Below are positions 58,010 to 64,000 of a stretch of DNA of 64,000 nucleotides, piece by piece (position 1 is the stretch's first letter; each line of letters starts with the position of its first letter). Under the pieces are notes generated by a model. The model was not told where the DNA came from, did not search any database, and worked only from the letters and a program-made list of their open reading frames with translations. This DNA comes from an uncultured delta proteobacterium (GTDB lineage: Bacteria; Myxococcota_A; Polyangia; Fen-1088), in the NCBI GenBank assembly GCA_963796685.1, contig CAWCMR010000020.1:45519-109518 (forward strand). The letters run 5' to 3'. The translations under genes were made by a program, and so were the position numbers.

Positions 58010-59008
58010 ATGGAGCTCGACTGCCCACATCTATCCCTGGCCCGCTATCGGGCCGACGAGGATGATCGGAGCAGGGTGGTGCTGGTTCGCCAGATCGACG
58101 CCCTCAGATTGTGCCGAGACGGTCGCTGCGACGAGGAAAGCAAGTCCACCGTCCTGTGGGCCTTCGAAGAGCAGTGTCGCAAGATCGACTGGAAGGTGAG
58201 GAGCTTCGCCGTCTCTGCCGGGCTTGCCAATCCCTGTTCGACGAGGTTTCAGGATCACGATCTGGCAGAGTTGGTCAAAGAGGCCGTCGAGCGGGGCAGA
58301 CTGGTCGGCGTCATCCGCACCGGGGCATCCTCCGCCGAAACCGATGCGACGCTGGCACAGCGCAAGCTGGTTCGTGACATCGAATCGCGAACGCGCGGTC
58401 GCCTGAGCGAAAATGGCCGTCCGTACAAACTGGTTGCGGGAATGGATTTGTCACGCGTTCCCGAGCGCAACAGCTACGAGGTGGTCGAGCGCGGCGAGGC
58501 ATTACGCGTGCTTGGCGAGCTGGCCAAACAGGCCACCGCCAACCTGGCCCCCCTGTTCACGAAGGCTCGCGAGCTGCTGACGCCCGACTGGCGTCCTCCG
58601 CTGTCCCCCAAGGGTGTGGTGCTGCTGCGGCGGATCAACGCGCCCAAGGCCGTGGTGGCAAGCCTTGAGCCCGCGCTGACGCCATCGCAGCTTTGGGGCA
58701 AGGCCGGCAACGAAGACGACGAGATCATCGACTGGACCATCTGGATCGAGCTCGACCCCGCCGACCCCAAGGCCAGCGACGATGTGGTGATCCTGCTCGA
58801 CGAGTTCCACCAAGAAGTCATGCGCAAGCCCCTTGCCGCGAGCCCGCGAGAAGGAACCGGCGTGCTGGTGACGTTCGAGAAAATCAACAAGCACGAAGTC
58901 TTCACCCTGATTCGCGACTACGGCCCGAACGAAGGCGGCGGCCAGGATACGCTGTTCATCGGTAGCACCCCGGCCGAGCTCGACGAGAGGGGGCGGCAGG
59001 CATCATGA
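58010..59008 (+). CDS. Hypothetical protein (first gene of a coupled three-gene module)
   Basis: Long ORF with coding-like composition; ATGA overlap with the next gene; no family recognised with confidence. Confidence 0.75.
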   Translation: MELDCPHLSLARYRADEDDRSRVVLVRQIDALRLCRDGRCDEESKSTVLWAFEEQCRKIDWKVRSFAVSAGLANPCSTRFQDHDLAELVKEAVERGRLVGVIRTGASSAETDATLAQRKLVRDIESRTRGRLSENGRPYKLVAGMDLSRVPERNSYEVVERGEALRVLGELAKQATANLAPLFTKARELLTPDWRPPLSPKGVVLLRRINAPKAVVASLEPALTPSQLWGKAGNEDDEIIDWTIWIELDPADPKASDDVVILLDEFHQEVMRKPLAASPREGTGVLVTFEKINKHEVFTLIRDYGPNEGGGQDTLFIGSTPAELDERGRQAS

Positions 59009-62000
59009 GCTCAGTGCAGACCAACCTCTACAATACGTATCTGATCTCGGGCCAATACGACAAGGAAACCGGGTCCGTGGTCGAAAAGACGGTTGTACCT
59101 GTCGCCAACGGGTTCTTCACCCGCATGAACCACAAAGAGCAGTCGCTGATCACGACCGATGAGTTCGGCATGCTCCATTCGATGGGTTCCGGCGGCAATC
59201 GCTTGCAGCGGATCAATGACGACAATTTCGGCTCTCTCCAGCTCCACTTCATCCCGCCCGGGATCCCCCGCCAAAGCTACTTTGCATACGACAAGGAATG
59301 GCAGACCAAGCTAATGGAGAACATCCGCCAGATGAATCTGGCGGCACCCTTCGAACCGATCCCTGTGACTTTCACGGACAAGCATTTGCGGCCGGGACAC
59401 GATGCCGACGACGAGAAAATCCAAGCCCATTTCAAGGGCAAGACGTGCAAAGGCCAGCTCATCCCGCGGCTGCGCGTCCTGACGGTCCTATTCGACAAGG
59501 CGGTCACGGCATCGGCCCCTGCCACCCTGACGGCCCATCGCGGAGGTGAAGCCATCACCCTGCATGGTGCCGGCGCGCCGGTTGCTTTGGAAATCGAGGG
59601 TCGGCAGGAGGCTCATTTTCTCGTCTACTCAGCGGCGGGACCCGAGGTGAAGGAAGGCCACTACGTGCTGGAATTGCCGACGAAGGCGGTGGCTTCGAAG
59701 TGGCATCGGGGTAGTCACCACGGCATCAAACGCAGCTTCCAGGCCGCCTTTGGCGTGCATACGCTCTTTGGCGACTTCGAATTTCAGATCTTCGACCTGC
59801 CCAGCGTCGAGGACGCCATCCTGGCTCACTTCGCCGAGCGTTACCCGCATCTCCTGGTGGAAGAGGGAGAGTCGGACAAGCACGGTAATGCCCCCTACGC
59901 GCAAGCTGCGAGCAGCCTCACTCGATTCTGGGCCGCGACGGCCGTGCTCAACGAGGCCAGGAAGACGGCCGTGGGATTTGTCAATGCCGATACCTCGGCG
60001 CGGACCCGGACCATCGTGGGCGCGGCGCTCGGCGCTCTTCGCGATTCGAACACCAAGGGTGTTTCCGAAGAAGCAGGCGTTGCAAGTCAGATTCTTGCGA
60101 GGATCTACCAGAGCGGCGAGGTTCTCGAATCCTGGAAAAGGCTGGTCGAGAAGATGCACATCACCCGCGAAAATGCCGCCGCGTTGAAGCTGGTCGAGCA
60201 GGTGATGGATGGCAATGCGATTCAGCGTTTCTTCGGAAAGAACAAGTGGCGGGACACGGTGGTCAAGGCAATCCAGGAGGTGGAGAAAAAGGAGGGAAAC
60301 TTGCTTGGCCGCTACGTCCTCCTTCGCAAGGAAAACGCCGACCATGCGCTTCTGCAAAAACTGATGAAGAACGCGACGTCGCCCAAGGCCTGGTCATTCG
60401 AAGCCTCGGTGGCAGCCAAGGCCGGGGGCGCGGCACTTTGGGCGCTCGATACGGCCATGAGCATCAAGCAGATGGCCGAAACCATTTCTGCTCTCTCGGA
60501 GCTGCGCCTCGACGCGGAAGGGAACGCCGCTACCCTGCACAAGCACATGGATGAATACGGCAAGCGCTTTGCGTCCGCGCCTTGTACCGAGGCGGTTCGG
60601 CGGCTGGAGGTGCTGCGCAAGGCGGCCGACGAGTCTACCGACGCCGTGGACGAGAAGGCCTTCGAGGCTGTGGAGCAGGCGGCCAAGTTGACCCTCAAGG
60701 CTTTGAGCCTGGTACCGGCCGTGGGTGAATTCGCAATCCTTGCCAGCATGGCCATCGAGACGCTGGAAGCCTTGGGTAGCCTCCTCGACACGGGCAGCGA
60801 CATCGTCGACCGCGTGCTGTGGCGCCACCGCTCCATGCTCAAGCGCTTCTCCGAGCTGTCCAAGCTGCATGCTCTGCAGTGCCGGGCCATCGCGGGGGCG
60901 AGCTCGAACAAACATGACGATCCGCACACCCAGTTTCGCTTGCGCTTGATTGTTCTCATCGGTCTTCTGCGCCTGGTCGAGCGCTGCGGCTGCCGACAGT
61001 CGGACCCGAAGAAGTTCGACGGAAAGGTCAAGCAGTACGACATCCAGGGCTATCTCGATAGTTACCTCTTCGCCGATAAGTCGTTTCCCATCGCGCTTTC
61101 CAGCGGCACGCCACTCGACGAAGTCTGGGTCTACGGTTGCGGCAACAAGAATACCGATTGGAACGATGTCGCCGCGACGCTGGGTTCCGTCAGTGACTCA
61201 ATTGTCGACTTGGTCCGCGGCACCAGAACCATCTTTGCGCCGGTCGCGTTCCAGAAGTACTTTCCGATTCACGGTATGGGGGCCAAGAAAGCCAGCGACC
61301 TGGTCAAGGCCTTTTCCCTCAACTTCGCCGGCGTCATCGACAAGAATCTGGAGTTCTCGTGTGTCTATGTGCGCAAGAACAAAAAAGACAGATGGGAAGC
61401 CGCCGACGACGCGAAGTTCACCGTCGAGCCGGGGACCGCGGTGCGCGTCGCGGCCGTGTTCAAGAGCAACAGCGACCTGACCGGCGTGCCCATGTCGCTG
61501 CAGATCAAGCGCACCGATTCCCTTTCTACCATCGACGGCCCGGTGTACAAGTCGAGCCTGTCCCGCGTCGATAAGGCATTGGGCGACGACCTGGATGACA
61601 AGGGCCTTCTGCCCTACACCGCAGAGAATCAGTACATCGGTGACCGCACCGCCTATGCTTGCGTCTTCTATCCTTTCTACTTCTTCAAGGATCACATGAT
61701 CCAGGGCATCAAGCCCTTCGGCCACATCGGGCTTTCGGGCGACATCACATTGGACTTTGGCTTCGAGATCAAAGTCGGCGACGACGGCAAATTGGCCAAG
61801 GCGGGCGGCAAGAGCGACTCCGTCCGTATGCACATGAACACGAGCGACAAGTTGCACACGGAGATGATCCTCAACAAGTCGTTTCTGGACCACAAGGCGG
61901 CCGACGCCGACCACGGCAAGATGTGGAACAACCCTTACGGCATACAGGCATTTCAGGTGGGGAGCGTGCACTGGCGTTGCGGAAAAGGGAGGTGGCAATA

Positions 62001-62632
62001 TACGGGAACCAGCGGCGGGCGCTTTGTAATGGGTCTGGGCGGAGAAGGGTTTTGCATGGGGAGAGTCGTTTGAGCTGATGGTGGTGTTCGGCTCGCTATA
62101 CGCCGAGCGGGAAACTGGCCTGGAGATCCGATTCGCGTGCCTGCCCAGATGGTGGTGAAGGAGAAGTCGGATGGCCCTGCCTTTCCCGTGGAAGTCTACT
62201 CGATGTATCGTAATGAGACTTTCACCACAGTCACCCACGAAATGGTCTACAGAGGGTTGCTGGCGAACAAGCTCCTCGGCCATGAAGACGCGGACCTTCA
62301 TCGCCGGCGGGATTCGCGATGAAGGATCCCATGGCCTTGTGGGCGGTTCGGATTCACTTCAAGTACCAGGTAGAAGGAGTCGACGGACAAATGATGACAG
62401 AGACGGGTTGCGCCCTTTCGGCAATAGTTATGTGACCGAGCCAGGAACCTATACCTACCATTTCAATCTTCGATCCGCCGATTCCCTCGGCCTGAAGATC
62501 GAGAATGTGCTTGAGCTGATCGTCCCAGGCATTCCTTCAGGCTTTGAGAGGGTACTGCCCTGGCTGGTGATACGGGTTGGATCACGGACGAGCATCGTCG
62601 CAAGTCTACTCAAGGTGGAGAAGACCAAATGA
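59005..62632 (+). CDS. Large hypothetical protein, putative secreted effector; intact to 62073, probably continuing through frameshifts to 62632
   Basis: 1022-aa ORF with a central helical/hydrophobic region (ALSLVPAVGEFAILASMAIE). Protein-like sequence continues in other frames (62137-62322, 62171-62632), and TGA 62630-62632 overlaps ATG 62629. Confidence 0.7.
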
Positions 62633-63932
62633 TTGGGACAACTCCTTCCCAATGAAGCGGCTGTCCTGTCGACGGTCGCTCTGCTCGCCGTCGTCTGACG
62701 TCTTGGCCGTTGCGATCTTGACCGTGATCGCGGCTGGGACGGCCTGGTACTTCTCGGCGTGGAGGGCTCTTTTCTTCCACGCCATCACATCGAACAATGT
62801 GAGCCTGGTGCGGGTAATGCTTGGAATGGGCACGGATGCAAACTGTACCTTTGGACTGGGAGACCCCACTGACTCTGGCAACGGGAGGCTTGCGATACCT
62901 CCAGGTCCGTCTGCTTCCGGGATTTCAGCTGATCCGAACCTCCCGTGTCCATGGGGACACACCGCTTGGCCGTGTGTGGCACGATCAACCCTATCTCAAA
63001 ACGCTTGCGAGGATGCTCCAGACGCTATCCCTATTGCCGAGGCACTGCTGGCGGCGGGAGCAAACATTAAGGTGTGCGACGGCCTGCAGGGCATGATGGG
63101 CTTCTCTCCTGGAAATACCCAGCTCAACCGAGTTTGCGAAGCTCTTGCTTTCCCGTGGCGCAGATCGAATCAGGTTTGTGACTTGCGGACGGCCTTACTC
63201 CCCTTCACAAGGTGGTCGATTGCCCGGATCTCGTCGCCCTCTATCTCGATCATGGCGCGAAGATTCTTCCCGACTCAGCCAAAGTGACACCGCTCCACCA
63301 TATTGCAGAGATGAAGCCATCCGATCGTGCCCCTCGACGGCGGGACCTTTTGCGGTCAGCCGAGATTCTTACTCGCGCACGGCGCCGACATGAACGCGGT
63401 CGACGAAAACGGGAGGACGCCACTCGACTTGGCCTACGAAAGCGGCAACAAGGACATCGCCGATCTTCTGCTCAAGCACGGCGGCAAGTCGCTCAAGTTC
63501 AAGAGCCTGGAAGAGGGCATGGATTCCCATGCTGGCGCGGATGAATATCAGGACCTCTACATGTTTCCGGAAGGCTCGCGCAAGGGGCCCGCGTGCAGCT
63601 TGAGCTTGGTGGGCGAGAATCGAAATATCATGGAGGAAGGGCAGAGCTGGTCCATCGTCAAAGGCACCGTCGGCGTGGTGCGCGTGAACTGCCACGCCTC
63701 CGGGTTCTTTCACTACGCCGTGCTCGGCATGGGGCCACCGGTGCCGAAGCGCCTCAACATGCCGCTCGGTGGAGGGTTTCCCGGTTCGGCCAAGATCGTG
63801 TTCGACCAGAATTGGTCGAACGGAATCATGCACTGGTATTACTCGAAAGAGCCCATCACCAATCTCGTGGAGGCGCTCAAGAAAGGTACTGCTACCCACT
63901 TCGCCGTCCGCAACGTGACCGTGGGCGAGTGA
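62629..63932 (+). CDS. Ankyrin-repeat protein with N-terminal hydrophobic segment, broken by several frameshifts
   Basis: Ankyrin pieces in different frames: AITSNNVSLVRVMLGMGTDAN, IAEALLAAGANI, LYLDHGAKI..VTPLHH, LLAHGADMNAVDENGRTPLDLA..GNKDIADLLLKHGG. Confidence 0.75.
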
Positions 63933-63966
63933 AATTGAGCTTACACCCGGCCATGTCAATCTGGGT

Positions 63967-63995
63967 CTTGACGCGGCGTCGCTAAATACTAGAGT
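63967..63995 (+). promoter_or_regulatory. Second copy of the TTGACG..TAGAGT motif
   Basis: CTTGACGCGGCGTCGCTAAATACTAGAGT versus CTTGACGCGGCGACGCCAGGGGCTAGAGT at 57946. Confidence 0.55.
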
Positions 63996-64000
63996 ACCCT

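Noticed and set aside
55965-64000. Prophage, integron or ICE
   Set aside because: No integrase, phage structural or conjugation genes and no convincing attC sites within the window.
1-64000. tRNA, rRNA, riboswitches
   Set aside because: No recognisable T-loop/cloverleaf or riboswitch consensus in intergenic regions by eye; a covariance-model search would be needed to exclude them.

Overview
High-GC bacterial chromosomal segment. Gene content points to a myxobacterium (Myxococcota, probably Polyangia-like): Gly-rich lipoprotein linkers, Cys-rich repeat/fibro-slime protein, PEGA/TPR proteins, Ser/Thr kinase and a Frz-like chemosensory cluster. Taxonomy is inferred from gene content only. Housekeeping genes are rplM-rpsI, aroE-aroK, pyrE, an RlmI-like methyltransferase and a SMUG1-type UDG. 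They are interspersed with plant-polymer genes (GH53, expansin-like), three GT-C glycosyltransferases, a two-component pair, a chemosensory operon and an AmiE-like/NamZ fusion. A sigma54-type promoter precedes a redox module (GcvH-like protein, HybA/NrfC-like Fe-S protein, NrfD fused to a triheme c7 cytochrome). The right end is accessory: a Cys-rich lipoprotein bracketed by a duplicated gene 3' end, a VapBC-type TA pair, and a translationally coupled hypothetical/large putative effector/ankyrin trio. Non-coding structure includes a 3x124-bp palindromic tandem array with a dispersed copy after rpsI, a 166-bp MITE at a stop codon, and several 3'-end-only gene stubs. Several genes carry single-base frameshifts (pyrE, a histidine kinase, ArsR-DUF2087, the last two genes), most likely long-read indel errors. 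No rRNA, tRNA, CRISPR array, integrase, transposase or reverse transcriptase was recognised. All family calls come from motif recognition by eye; no database search was run.
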